Below are positions 13,101 through 25,387 of a DNA stretch of 60,272 nt, piece by piece. Every line of letters starts with the position of its first letter. Position 1 is the stretch's first letter. Location of the stretch: NCBI RefSeq assembly GCF_004010195.1, contig NC_057721.1:34967166-35027437 (forward strand), written 5' to 3'. The position numbers and the translations under genes are program-made. A model generated the notes under the pieces. The model did not search any database and was not told the DNA's origin. It saw only the letters and a list, made by a program, of their open reading frames with translations. The stretch comes from Chiloscyllium plagiosum. Lineage: Eukaryota.

Positions 13101-13229
13101 GACAAGGAGAATTGATGACAATGAATTACCTCAAACAATCCTTACTCTGAAACACCTACGGACAGAGGTGGCACACATCATGAGGTGCAAGATTGCATGA
13201 GGTGCCAGTAGTATCAAACAAAGCAATAC

Positions 13230-13825
13230 TACACCTTCCCTCAATGATATTAAATGGTGATTGCACATTTATTATTATTTGCACTTCCTCAGATGCTGAA
13301 GTCATCTATCTCTCTAAGCAGCAGGACCTGGATACCACCCAGATTTTGGATGATTAGTGGCAAGCAACATTCACACCACACAAATGCAAGGCAAGAACTA
13401 TCTCAAAAGCAAATCTAGGAATCACCCCTTGACATTCAATGATATTATCGCTGCTGAATACCACTCTATTGACAACCTGGGGTTTACAATTGTCTGTAAA
13501 CTAAGCTAGAAACTTGAATACTGTAGTACTCTGAGCAGGTAAGGAGCTTGGAATTCTGACCTCCCAGAGATCATCATTCACATCATCATATACATCATCC
13601 GCCATCTTTTTTTCATTCAAGGCAAAAGTCAGAAGTGTGATTGAATACTCTCTACTTTGCTGGATGAGTGCAGCTCCAATGATACAGAAGAAGCTTGACA
13701 CCAACCAAGAAGAAGCAATGCACTCAAGTGGCACCACATTAGCATCTTCAACATTAACTCACCAATACCTTCTCATGGGACAATTACGGAATATGTAATA
13801 AATGATGGCCTTGCCAGAGAATAAA
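13230..13825 (+). mobile_element. Decayed CR1/L2-group LINE 3' fragment
   Basis: QQDLD...WQATFTPHKC RT C-terminal motif; tail similar to that of the SINE at 8510-8825. Confidence 0.6.
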
Positions 13826-13883
13826 CACAATTGACACCATTCTGATTTCTACATCCACCTATAAAACATCAGAATACCTTCAT

Positions 13884-14173
13884 GGGGGTAGCATGATAGC
13901 TCAGTGGTTAGCACTGCTGCCTCACAACATGAGGGACCTGGGTTTGATTACACCCTGTGTCGAGTTCACACATACTGCTTGTGTCTACATGGGTTTCCTC
14001 TAGGTGCTTTGGTTTCCTTCCACAGTCCAGGCGATGTGGATTAGCTATGGGAAATGCAAGGTTACTAGGTTAGGGTAGGGGGTTGGATCTGGGTGGGATG
14101 CCCTGCAGAAGATCAATGTGGACTTGATGGGCTGAATGGCCTGCTTCCACACTGTAGAGATTATTTGATTCTA
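13884..14173 (+). mobile_element. Degenerate HE1-type SINE
   Basis: agctcagtggttagcactgctgcctcaca head, gggtttcctctaggtgctttggtttcc V-domain, CR1-like tail. Confidence 0.8.
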
Positions 14174-15880
14174 GGAAAAAAAGAATAAAATATCTTCATA
14201 AGTTGTGGACTGCAACTTTGTTTAGGCTTTCCTATATTAAAATGCTAATACTCAACTGTCAAATTTACCTGCAACAATAACCTGTTATACACCAATCTGT
14301 AATTAAGGAATGCCATCATTCTTTAAGTGCTGCTCCAATGGGAAGTCCAATGTTAAGTAGCAATACTATCCTGAAACACCACTTGGTGGCACTCTAATGA
14401 TCTGTGCTATTGTGAAACTAACACTGACTGCAGCAACTGCCATGCTACTAAGCAACACTCTATTCAAAAATTGCCAAACTGTTCTCTGATAAAGCATTTC
14501 ATTTGCTGTGCTTATCTTGGCAACTGATATTTCAAACCTGAACATTTCACAACACATTGATGACATTCATCTAATAAATTGCATTTTCTTTTCAATGCCT
14601 TCAATTAAATTTTTAAAGGTATCAATCTCATTCAAAAATTAATTCTTGCACCTCCTAATTTTGCCTGTTGTTGAAACTTAGTGGAATAAATATGCAAAGA
14701 TAAGCAATACAGATGACTGCCAATTATGTCCTACATTGCTAGGTATAGCCAGGTTTAACAATTGTTTCTCCATGCCCCAAATGGTGTAGGTGTTTCAGAG
14801 TAAGGATTGTTTGAGGTAATTCATTGTCATCAATACTCCTTGTCAATAAATAAAAAATAAAAGGATTGATGATGTTGGACATGCTTTTGAAGCTTCACTA
14901 ACCCATATTCTTCATATAAGGTTACCAAGAAATCTTGCTAGGATTAGAAAACAAGAGAGAGCTTATTAAGCCAAGCTGAAATATTCTATAGATGAATGAA
15001 AGTCATGAAAAGTTTTAGCAAAGACCCTGGTTGCTCAAGTCAGATTTATACTTCCTTGATTCTCAAGGGCAGCTTTGCAATTTAGTTCAGAGTGGATTTC
15101 AAATTGCATGCTAATCTGCCCCATGCTCCAGGTTTACCATAACTTGAATGCAGCTGCTGTGTCCAGAGCCCTTTGGGAGTAGCATTAGATGGAACAAGAG
15201 GAGGAAAAGAATGGTGAGAAAGAGGAGAAGAAATGGTGGCAGAATGCACCCCCTCACTCTCTCTGGGTGGGCTGAGAAAGAATGCACATCGAGACTCTGC
15301 TTTTAATGAAGCTGCTTCCTTTCCTATCGGCCTGCCACTGCTACATACAATTAAGATGTCACTTCACAGAATCCCCTTGGTCATCATTCAAAATAAAGGG
15401 CAACCCTCAAAATTCTTCTTACTAAATTCTTTATCCACAACATGAACCATTAAACAAAAATCAACTACTGACCCGATCCAAATTCTTAGTGCTTGTCTTT
15501 TTTGGTGCTTTTCCTTTCCCTAGTGCACCTACACAAAGTCAAATATAGGAAAGGAAACATTAGCAGATTACAAGCTAGACCCCCCAACCTCCCTCTCACC
15601 CCTTCAACTGATAAATCAGTATTCCTCCATGTATAGCACTGTGAATATACTCTGGGTGGGGGACTTCAGTGCTCATTAGGAGAAAGTAAGTTAGCAGTAC
15701 CACTACTACTGATTAAGACTGCCAATTCTGAAGGGCATACTGCCAAACTGAGTCTGCAGCACAAGCAAGATCTGATGGCATTCTGTCATAGGCTGATAGT
15801 AGCAAGTAACAATAGCACAACAAAGGTTTCATCCAATAACCAATTCCAAAAAAACACAATCAAAACATCTCCCCTTGGCC

Positions 15881-16058
15881 ATGATGTGGAGGTACTGGTG
15901 TTGGACTGGGGTGGATAAGGTCAGAAGTCATATGACACCAGGTTATTTTCCAATGGGTTTATTTGAAATCACAAGCTGATGAAAGAGCAGCACTCTGAAA
16001 GCTTGTGATTTCAAATAAACCTTTTGGATTATAACCTGGTGCCATGTGACTTCTGGCC
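15881..16058. mobile_element. Penelope-derived hairpin (third family) with hammerhead core, inserted in a LINE remnant
   Basis: Arms gtttatttgaaatcacaagc / gcttgtgatttcaaataaac enclose ctgatga-aagagcagcactct-gaaa (15976-16000); flanked by catctccccttg / catctcctcttg. Confidence 0.7.
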
Positions 16059-17299
16059 ATCTCCTCTTGACATTCAACATCATTATCATTGCTTCACAAT
16101 TAAAATATTATGTGGACCAGCCATATTATGGTCCCAAGAACAGGTCAGAGGCTGCAAACTTTGTGATTTTAGGAAGGAGAGGTTGTTTTGAAGTGCTACA
16201 GGCTAATTGAAACCAGCCCCCTTATTGTACTTGCAGGCAGTCAGCAGGGTCACTTGCTAACATCATTCTCTTAATTCCCATAATGCCTCCTTCCATGGGA
16301 ACAAGGACAGGTGGCTTGTGATTATAAACCACATCCTCAAAAACAAGTGCAAAACATTTTTTGTCATAAGTATTTAGGATTGCTATAATGAGGAAAGCAA
16401 AGGGAAACTTTAAATAAGACAATATTTGAAATTCTGTCCTTTCCAGAAAGTGTCAAGGGGAAATCCATAATGAACATTTGCCATACCTCTGCCCATTGAG
16501 CATTCACTGCTGGCTGCAGTGATTTGATGTCCTCCTCACCCTTTCTTCAAGTTTGGCTTAACGTGACTTGTATTTAGCCAGCATATATTTGCCTCTTCTG
16601 GTCACAGTATTGTCTGACCTATGACATGATCCAAACTGATTTGGCAAAATCATTGCAGCGTGATATAATAGTTGTGCTAATCATACAAATAAAGTCATAA
16701 AACAAACAAAGTGCAATCCACACATCAGCAAAGTTGCTTTTAGGGGCCAGTTAATTAAACACTGGAATAGATCATTATATGTATCATACATTGGATAAAA
16801 AACAGACAAGAACAAGGATAATACTTGTTAATGATTACATGCCACATATACCAATGGAATTTTTTTTTCAATATTAAAAGCAAATATGCAATCATATAAT
16901 CTGCTATGTGAATGCAAATGCCTTACAACTCAAATAATTAGGTTTGCCTTTGCAGCTAATGTTGCAACTCATTAATATTCTGTAAAATTGAAATTCCATC
17001 TTTGTGTGCTTCTAGCTTCATGGTGGCATGTAAAACTGGTAATCAGATGGTTTGATCAGACATATTTGAAGATATTTGATCTAAAGAAAATAACAACACC
17101 ATCCAAATATCTACTTGGGGGTGGATTGGATAGAAGATGTTTCTTACGCACCATACGCTATCTCTTCTTTGATCTTAAACTCATATTTAAATTGAAATCC
17201 TTACCTTTTTACCTCATGTGGTCTCACTACTCCCATAGTATCAATCACAGATACTACCATCGCTGATCATTTGCTTGTATGACTCTTCATACCCATCCT

Positions 17300-18240
17300 T
17301 CTTCCATCTCCTCACTATGTTCCTTCAGTGTTCAGCCTAGGAAATATTCTTGCCCAAAATCCATAAAGCTGCATTTTCAAAATCCAAATAGTCTAAGCTT
17401 TGATCCTCCATTCACCACAACATATCTATAGTAACCAATCTACTCAACTATATCCTCACATCCACTTTTCATGGCTCAACCTAATTAAAATCTCGCTCTC
17501 GCTTTGACCATTTGCCCCTGGTATGAGCTGCATTTCCATTCTCTCAAGCCCATCAGATACAAATTTTAATCAGTATTGTAGAAAATTGTTTCAATGATTC
17601 AGTGCCACATTTGGCTGAGCTGTTTTAAGCACTATCAGGTCCTGCACAGACCAGCAGAAACCAGTTACTATTCCAGATTAAACTCCAATGCAAAGAAAAC
17701 CTTCAGCCATTCTTTCTAAATACTTTTCACTGTTTCTTCCACCACACAGCTAACATGTTTGAAGAGTTTAATTGTTTCTTTTTTACTGAAATTGACACCA
17801 TCTGATCAACAGTATTTATGATTTCCCTCCCACCTCTGAATTCTCCAGACCAAATCTCACTAAATACTCTTCCCTTCCCTAGTCATGATCGCACATCTTT
17901 ATCTCTTACTTACCTCATCCCTCTCTGAGCTCATCTTGTCATGAGACCAACTTCTCTCTCAACCCTATTCTGACTAAAATATTGATCATTCAACTTCTTT
18001 TCCTGACTCCCACATTAACTGATATTGTTCATTGTTCCACCTGCTCAAGATTTATTCTCGGTCTTCTTCAAAACTGTCATCATCATCTCATTCCTCAAAA
18101 AGCTGAAACTTGGCCTATCAGTCCCAACAAACTACCACCCATCTCCAGTTTTCTATTCCCCTTCAAATTCTTTGAACATGCCACAGTCTCCCAAATCTGT
18201 GTCTCTTTCCTCAAACATCATGATTGAATTCTTACAATCC
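17300..18240 (+). mobile_element. Decayed L2-type LINE ORF2 fragment
   Basis: FKTVIIISFLKKLKLGLSVPTNYHP resembles the L2 FK.A.I.PLLKKP.LD....NYRPIS motif. Confidence 0.65.
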
Positions 18241-18569
18241 TGCAAGGAAGAGCAAAGTCAAAGTCCAAATGAACAAGTGTGTACTAATTAAAGAATGCTA
18301 GTATAGAATTGTTAAAAATATATCATGTTTCATTAAGTTGATGGGAATTGATTAATGGCAGAGATGACAATTGATTACTTCTTGTCTGTTTCACTGAAGA
18401 AAATGCAGCTAGGTCAAAATCCTAGAATTCCTTCCCCAACCTATATAACATGGACTGCGCCAGCTCAAGAAGGCAACTCAATACCATCTTCTCAAAAAGC
18501 AACTATGGACAAGAAATAAATGCTGGCCCAGCCAGCAACACTGATAAGCCATAAGTGAATAAAATAAAT

Positions 18570-19254
18570 CACCCAGAAGTAAAGATCCAAGGGGGTCAGA
18601 TGAATGGGAGTTGAAGGAAAATAGCCCTGGTAAAAAACTTATAATGAAGAAAATAATGGGACTAAAAGTTTATAAAACTTAAGTGTTGGAAAGGTGGCTA
18701 TGGAGATAGTTAATGCATCAATGATTATCTTTCAAAAATAGATCCAGGTATGATTCCTATGGATTGGAAGGTAACAAATGTCACTCAACTATTTAAGAAG
18801 GGAGGAAGAGAGAAAACAGGAACCACATATCTGCTAGTTTTATGCCAGTTGTGGCAAAATGCTAGAATCTATTATAAAGGATGGGATAATAAGTGGCTGG
18901 TTGATAATGGTCTGATAGGACATAGTTAACTTGGATTAGTGAATAGGAAATCATGTTTGATTAATTTGTTGAAATTTTTGAAGGTACTTTTTTTAAAAAA
19001 AAAATTTATGGACATATTTAAATTTTTGAAAGGCTTTCTACTTTTTAAAAAAAAAATTTATGGACATATTTAAATTTTTGAAAGGCTTTCGATAAAGTAC
19101 CTCACAGGAGGCTGTTGAGAAAAGCTAAAGCACATGGGATGGAGGTAATGTACTGGAGTGGATTAATGATTGGCTAACAGGTAAAAAGCAGAGAGTAGGA
19201 ATAAATGAGTCATTCTCTTGTCAACTGGCTGTGACTGGTGGGAAACTGCAAGGA
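18570..19254 (+). mobile_element. Old CR1 RT fragment, continued at 22497-23290
   Basis: DWKVTNVTQLFKKGGREK and KAFDKVPH motifs; ...ctgcaagga joins ttggtacttgggcctcag across the nested element. Confidence 0.75.
18985..19090. repeat. Local tandem duplication of about 53 bp
   Basis: tacttttt(t)aaaaaaaaaatttatggacatatttaaatttttgaaaggctttc occurs twice. Confidence 0.85.
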
Positions 19255-22200
19255 TAGAACATAGAACATAGAACGTTACAGTGCAGTACAGACTCTTCGG
19301 CCCTCGATGTTGCGCTGACCTGTGGAACCAATCTGAAGTCCATCTAACCTACACTATTCCATTCTCGTCCATATGCCTATCCAATGACTATTTAAATGCC
19401 CTTAAAGTTAGTGAGTCTATTAGTATTGTAGACAGTGTGTTCCATGCCCCTACTACTCTCTGAGTAAAGAAACAAACTTTGACAACTGTCCTATATCTAT
19501 CACCCCCTCAATTTAAAGCTATGTCCCCTCATGCTCGCCATCGCCATCCAGCATGATCTCAATGGTTCCGAAACCCAATCCCTTTACCAATAAAAGCTAA
19601 CACACTGTATGCCTTCTTAACCCTCTCAACCTGGGTGGCAGCTTTCAAGGAGCTATGTATTTGGACATCGAGATCTCTCTGTTCATCTACACTACCAAGA
19701 ATCTTACCATTAACCCAGTATTCTGCATTCCTGTTGCTCCTTCCAAAGTGAATCACGTCACACTTTTCCGGATTAAACTCCATTTGCCACCCCTCAGCCC
19801 AGCTCTGCAACCTATCTGTGTCTCTCTGTAACCTACAACATCCTTTGTCACTATCCACAACTCTACCGACCTTAGTGTCATCCGCAAATTTACTAACCAT
19901 CCTTCCATGCCCTCATCCAGGTAATTTGTATAAATGGTCGAGGGGAAAGTGAGGGCTGCCCTACAACGTCCTTTGTCACTATCCACAACTCTACCGACCT
20001 TAGTGTCATCCGCAAATTTACTAACCCATCCTTTTATGCCTCATGCAGGTTATTTATAAAAATGGCAACAACAGTGGATCCAAAACAGATCCTTCTGGTA
20101 CCCCAATTGTAACTGAACTCCAGGATGAATATTTCCCATCAACCACCACCCTCTATCTTCCTTCAGCTAGCCTTTCTGCAATAGCCTACCATGGGGAACC
20201 TTATCAAATGCCTTACTGAAATCCATATACACAACATTAACCGCTCTACCCTAATCCATCTGTTTGGTCACCTTCTCAAAGAACTCAATAAGGTTTGTGA
20301 GGTATGACCTACCCTTCACAAAACCATGTTGACTATCTCTAATCAGCCTATTCCTTTCTAGATGATTATAAATCCTACCTCTTATAACTCTTTCCAACAC
20401 TTTACCCACAACCAAAGTAAGGCTCACAGGTCTATAATTTCCAGGGTTGTCTCTACTCCCTTTCTTGAACAAGGGAACATTTGTTCTCCTCCAGTCTTCT
20501 GACAGTATTACTGTAGACAATGACGACACACAGATCAAAGCCAAATGCTCAGCAATCTCTTCCTGGCTTCCCAGAGAATCCTAGGATAAATCCCATCTGG
20601 TCCAGAGGACTTATCTATTTTTTATACTTTCCAGAATTGCTAACACCTCCTCCTTGTGCATCTCAATCCCATCTAGTCTAGTAGCCTATATCTCAGTATT
20701 GTCCTCGACCACATTGTCTTTTTCCAGTGTGAATACTGATGAAAAGTATTCATTTAGCACTTCCCCTATCTCCTCTGACTCCACGCTCACTTCCCCCTAC
20801 TATGCTTGATTGGCCTAATCTTACTCTAGTCATTCTTTTATTCCTGATATACCTATGGAAAACCTTAGAGTTTTCCTTGATCGTCTCTGCTAACGACTTC
20901 TCACGTCCTGTCCTGGCTCTTCTTAGCTCTCTCTTTAGGTCCTTCCTGGCTAACCTGTAACTCTCACAGGCCCTAACTGAGCCATCACAACTCATTTTAA
21001 CATAAGCAGACTTCTTCCTCTTGACAAGAGATTCAACTTCCTCAGTAAACCACAGTTGCTGCACTTGAAAACGTGCTCCCTGACTGACTGGTACATACTT
21101 ATCAAGGATCCACAGTCACTGTTCCTTGAACAAGCTCCACATTTCAATTGTGCGCATCCCCTGCAGTTTCCTTCCCCATCCTATGCATCCTAAATCTTGC
21201 CTAATCCATTGTAATTGCCTTTCCCCCAGCTATAATATTTGCCTGGCAATATATACCCATCCCTTTCCATCACTAAAGTAAACATAACCAAATTGTGTCC
21301 AGTATCACCAAAGTGCTCACCTACCTCCAAATTTAACACCTGGCCAGGTTCATTCCCCAGTACCAAATCTAATGTGGCCTTGCCCCTTGTTGGCCTGTCT
21401 ATATACTGTGTCAGGAAACCCTCCTGTACTCATTGGACAAAAACTGACCCATCTAAAGTATTCAAACTATAGTATTCCCAGTCAATACTTGGAAAGTTAA
21501 AGTCGTCCATAACAACTACCCTGTCACTCTCACTCCTAATGAGGACCATCTTTGCTATCCTATCCCCTACATCTCTGGAAATATTTGGAGGCCTAGAAAA
21601 CTCACAACAGGGTAACCTCGCCTTTCCTGTTTGGAATCTCAGTCCATACTACCTCAGTAGATGAGTCCTCAAACATCCTTTCTGCAACCATAATACTGTC
21701 CTTGACTAACAGTGCCACACCACCCCTCCTTTTACCATTTTCTCTCTTTTAAGTCCAGGAATCTGCAATAACCATTCCTGTCTTTACTCTACCGTTGTCT
21801 CTGAAATGGCCACAACATCAAAATCTCAGGTACCAACCCATGCTGGCAGTTCACCCACCTTATTCTGGATGTTTCATGCATTGAAGTAGACACACTTCCA
21901 ACCAACTTCTTCCTTCCTGGTGCCTTCTTGCAATCTTGAAATCTTAGTTCTGACTTCACTACTCTCAACTTACCATATACTCAAACTACAATTTTCGTTC
22001 CTATCCTGCTGCTGAATCAGTTTAAACCCACCTGAAGAACATTAGCAAAATCTCCCTCCAGGATATTGGTACCCCTCTGGTTCAGGTGAAGACCACCCTG
22101 TTTGTAGAGGTCCCACCTACCCAAGAATGAGCCCCAATTATCCAGGAATCTAAAACCCTCCCTCCTGCAACATCCTGTAGCCACATGTCGAACTCCTCTG

Positions 22201-22496
22201 TCTCCCTATTCCTTGTCTTGCTAGCATATGGCACGGGCAACAAACCAGAGATAACAGTTCTGTTTGTTCTAGCTCTAAGCTTCCACCCATCTCCCTGAAT
22301 TTCTGCCTTAAATCCCCATCCCTCTTCCTACCTATGCTGTTGGTGCCTATGTGGACCACGACTTGGGGCTGCTCCCTCTCCTCCTTAAGAATCCCGAAAA
22401 CATGGTCAGAGACATAACAAACCCTGGCAGCTGGGAGGCAACACATCCAACCGTGAGGCTCTCTCGTTTCCACAGAACCTCCTATCTGTCCCCCTA
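19255..22496 (-). mobile_element. CR1 LINE of the same family as 986-5083, 5' truncated and internally deleted, nested in an older CR1
   Basis: (TAGAACA)n tail at 19255; minus ORFs with SKFADDTK, NYRPVSLT and the esterase segment QPQVVVHIGTN. Confidence 0.9.
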
Positions 22497-23001
22497 TTGG
22501 TACTTGGGCCTCAGCTTTTCACAATAAATACCAGTGATTTGGAGATAGGGAATCAAATGAAATATTTCCAAATTTGTGGATGATGCAAAACTATGTGAGA
22601 ATGCGTGTTGTGAGGAAAACATAAAGCAGCTTCACGAGGAATTAAGCTTATCCATTCAGGTTAGGTGAATGGACAAAAACATGGCAAATGCAATAAAATA
22701 TGGAAAAATGTAAAGCTATCCACTTTGGTTGGAGAAGGAGGTGTGCAGAGGTTAGAAACTGCAGATCTATAAAGATGGCCTTGTCAATAAATCAATGAAG
22801 GCTTATATGCAGGTGCATCAAGCTACTTGGATGTTGAATGAACTGTTTGCCTTTATTCTAATAGGATTTGAGTACAGGAGTAGTGAATTGCACAAATCGT
22901 ATAACAGCTTGGTTCAACCGAACCTGGAGTACTGTGTGCAGTTTTCCTTATCTCAGGAAAGATATTATTGCCATAGACTGAGTGAGGCAAAGGTTCACCA
23001 G

Positions 23002-23093
23002 AGCTGAAAATGTGTTGCTGGAAAAGCGCAGCAGGTCAGGCAGCATCCAAGGAGCAGGAGAATCGACGTTTCGGGCATGAGCCCTTCTTCAGG
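23002..23093 (-). mobile_element. 92-bp Penelope-derived insertion
   Basis: Perfect 13-bp TSD aaaggttcaccag (22989-23001, 23094-23106); same family as 9901-10058. Confidence 0.85.
23065..23092 (-). ncRNA. Minimal type I hammerhead ribozyme core (intact catalytic boxes)
   Basis: Minus strand reads CUGAAGA-A-GGGC-UCAU-GCCC-GAAAC-GUC: both boxes, a 4-bp helix II and palindromic ACGU in place of helix III, as known for PLE hammerheads. Helix I is weak. Confidence 0.6.
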
Positions 23094-23729
23094 AAAGGTT
23101 CACCAGCCTTGTTCTTGGGCTGGTGGGACAATCATATGAAGAGAAATTAGGCAAACTGGCCTTTATTCTCAAGAGTTTCAAAGAATGAGAGGTGATCTCA
23201 TTGAAACCTGCAAAACAGTTAAAAAGGATCAGTAGCATAGATGCAGGGAAGATGTTTACATTGGTTGGGAGTCAAGAACCAGCAGACACTGGTCATTACA
23301 GATCGAGTATTGTTATCTCTGTGAAAAAGAGGTAATCACAGATGATTTTCAAGGTGAAATCTGCAGGCCACAATTCACAAAGACAATCCAAAGTCTCATA
23401 TGCTAGATAGGGGAACAATAATTACTTCATCTCACCTACAGCTGTATATAGTCACCAGAAAGCTCGATAAATGTCAGGGTTAGGATATCAGAAATCATGC
23501 AGCACTTACAATATCTTACATCTATTTATTTGACATGGGTTGTGCTACATTCATCAAAAGAAGGCTCATATGTCAAAGGCTCATGTAGAACCATTCTTTG
23601 GATCTGCTTGTTTGAGTCCTCTATATCACACTGGACAGAGAAATATGCTAAACTATCAAGGCTGCATCCCTTACAAGGATTGTCACTGGGAGATCGTAGC
23701 TGAGGTAAAAAAAAGTAAATTTATCATTG

Positions 23730-23902
23730 TTCCTTTTCAGAGAGAGATGACTAGTAATTAGTGTAACAAAAGGGTCAGTATGTCTAAGACAAGGGGAGAT
23801 CTGTCATGATAATCTCTGCTAATGCAGAAATTGAACCCATGCTGCTGGGGTCACTCTATATTAGAAACTAGCTGGCCAGCCAACTCAGCAAACCAACCTA
23901 CA
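23730..23902 (-). mobile_element. Old tRNA-derived SINE fragment
   Basis: Minus strand shows ggttggtttgctgagttggctgg (A-box-like) and gggttcaatttc (B-box-like). Confidence 0.4.
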
Positions 23903-24109
23903 TGGCTGATGGCTCCATTATTCAAGACTTGGCTGAAGCTGACTGTGCAGCTCATTCCTCCACCAGGGCCATGGTGTGGCAGATGATAGGAACGCTGAAG
24001 ATCTGGTTTTGATGTTTCAACTGGACTGGAGGCTCTTGTAGTAGTACCCTTATTGTTGCATATTCATAGCATGCTATGCACTGCATAACTGGAGCAGGAA
24101 AAAAAATCA

Positions 24110-24656
24110 CCTCTCAACCTTCTAAAACAGGCTTTATTTGTGTAATCTCTCTTCATAACTCAACCCCTGAAGTCCAGGTATTATTCTTATAAAACTATAT
24201 TATACTCTCTCCAAACCCATTATGTCCTTCCTAAAGTTTGGTGTTCAGATCTACTCACAATGTTCAAAGTTGGGGTCTAATCAGGGTTTTGTATAACTGC
24301 AGCATAACTTCTGCATCCTTATACTCCAGTTGTCTAGATATAAAGGTCAGCATTCCATTAGCTTTCTTGTCTGCACATGTTCATGACATTTTAAAGATCT
24401 ATGCATCTGAACCCCCAAGTCTCTTTGGATATCCACTGTATTTACAGACGCACCATCTAGAAAGCTTCCTGATTTATCATTTTTCAGTCCAAAATGGATA
24501 ATCTCACACTTCTATTGAACTCCATCTGTCCATTCACTTTGTCTATCAATGCCCCTTCATAATGTTATGCTATTATCTACACTGCTTAAATGCCAACTAA
24601 TAATTGTGTCATGAGCATATTTGGATATTTGACATTTTATGTCATTATCCTAGTCA
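24110..24656 (-). mobile_element. Old CR1 fragment hosting the Gypsy insertion; continues at 40876
   Basis: Antisense RT sequence; ...ttatcctagtca joins ttagtaaataatatgaataattgaggcc to restore the antisense GPQLFILFTNDxD motif. Confidence 0.75.
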
Positions 24657-25387
24657 TATCATAAAGCTAGTCCCTTTTTTTTCTAAAAGCTGTTCCTTGG
24701 CTCAAGGAACAGAGGGGCAATAAACTGGACTGTACTCCGATCAGTTTGGTTTGGTGGAGAGATGAAAAGGATTTTGAGAGGCCTTTTCTTTATATGTAAA
24801 TAGATGAGACTTCAGGCCAAAGTGCTCATGCTTTAGAAGTGACATGTATAAACAGAGGGGAGAGGTCAGCTCTCTAGCTAGCTGAGCTGAGCAGTTTTTA
24901 GTTGAGTCTGAACTGGGAAATTCAACATGGAACTGTTGGAAATTCTCTTTTCTGCCCTTCAACCTCAACCTGTAAGCATACGTTTCATTTATACTGGTTT
25001 TAAAAGGGTGTTTGCTTATTGGAACTGTTGTGTGTATTCAGAACAGCATAATTAAGTCTGGCTGGATAGGTTGAGTTCTGTAGAATATTTTGTAGAATAG
25101 TTCTTTATTCTGTTCTTCATGTTTCACTGTGTAATGTTGTGAATATTTTTTTTTGTCTGTTTTAAAATCTAGTAGTCAACTGATGAAGGAGCAGCATTCT
25201 GAAAGCTAGTGCTTCCAAATAAATCTGTTGGACTATAACCTGGTGTTGTGTGATTTTTAACTCAGTAGTCAACCTAGCTATCTTACTCCGGGTAATTTTC
25301 ACTGTACACTTTCCAAAACAAATTGTAAAGTTAGGTCAAGGCTGACTGCTTAAGAATGTTTTGTGTAGTCTGGCCTAGTCCCTAACA
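24657..25387 (+). repeat. 5' LTR (LTR-A) of Gmr1-like Gypsy element
   Basis: Colinear with 40228-40875; ends ...taaca; preceded by GTCA (24653-24656); followed by a degenerate tRNA-Pro PBS at about 25391. Confidence 0.9.
25181..25263 (+). mobile_element. 83-bp Penelope-derived, hammerhead-headed insertion in LTR-A
   Basis: 10-bp TSD agtagtcaac (25171-25180, 25264-25273); empty site in the 3' LTR near 40752; begins (c)tgatgaaggagcagcattctgaaagcta. Confidence 0.85.

Larger units (their letters stand above)
22497..23290 (+). mobile_element. Old CR1 RT 3' fragment
   Basis: ISKFVDDAK and LVQPNLEYCVQF motifs. Confidence 0.75.

Noticed and set aside
14366-14566. Minus-strand ORF with a hydrophobic stretch
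   Set aside because: Short, with no recognisable family or exon boundaries; consistent with chance or decayed repeat.
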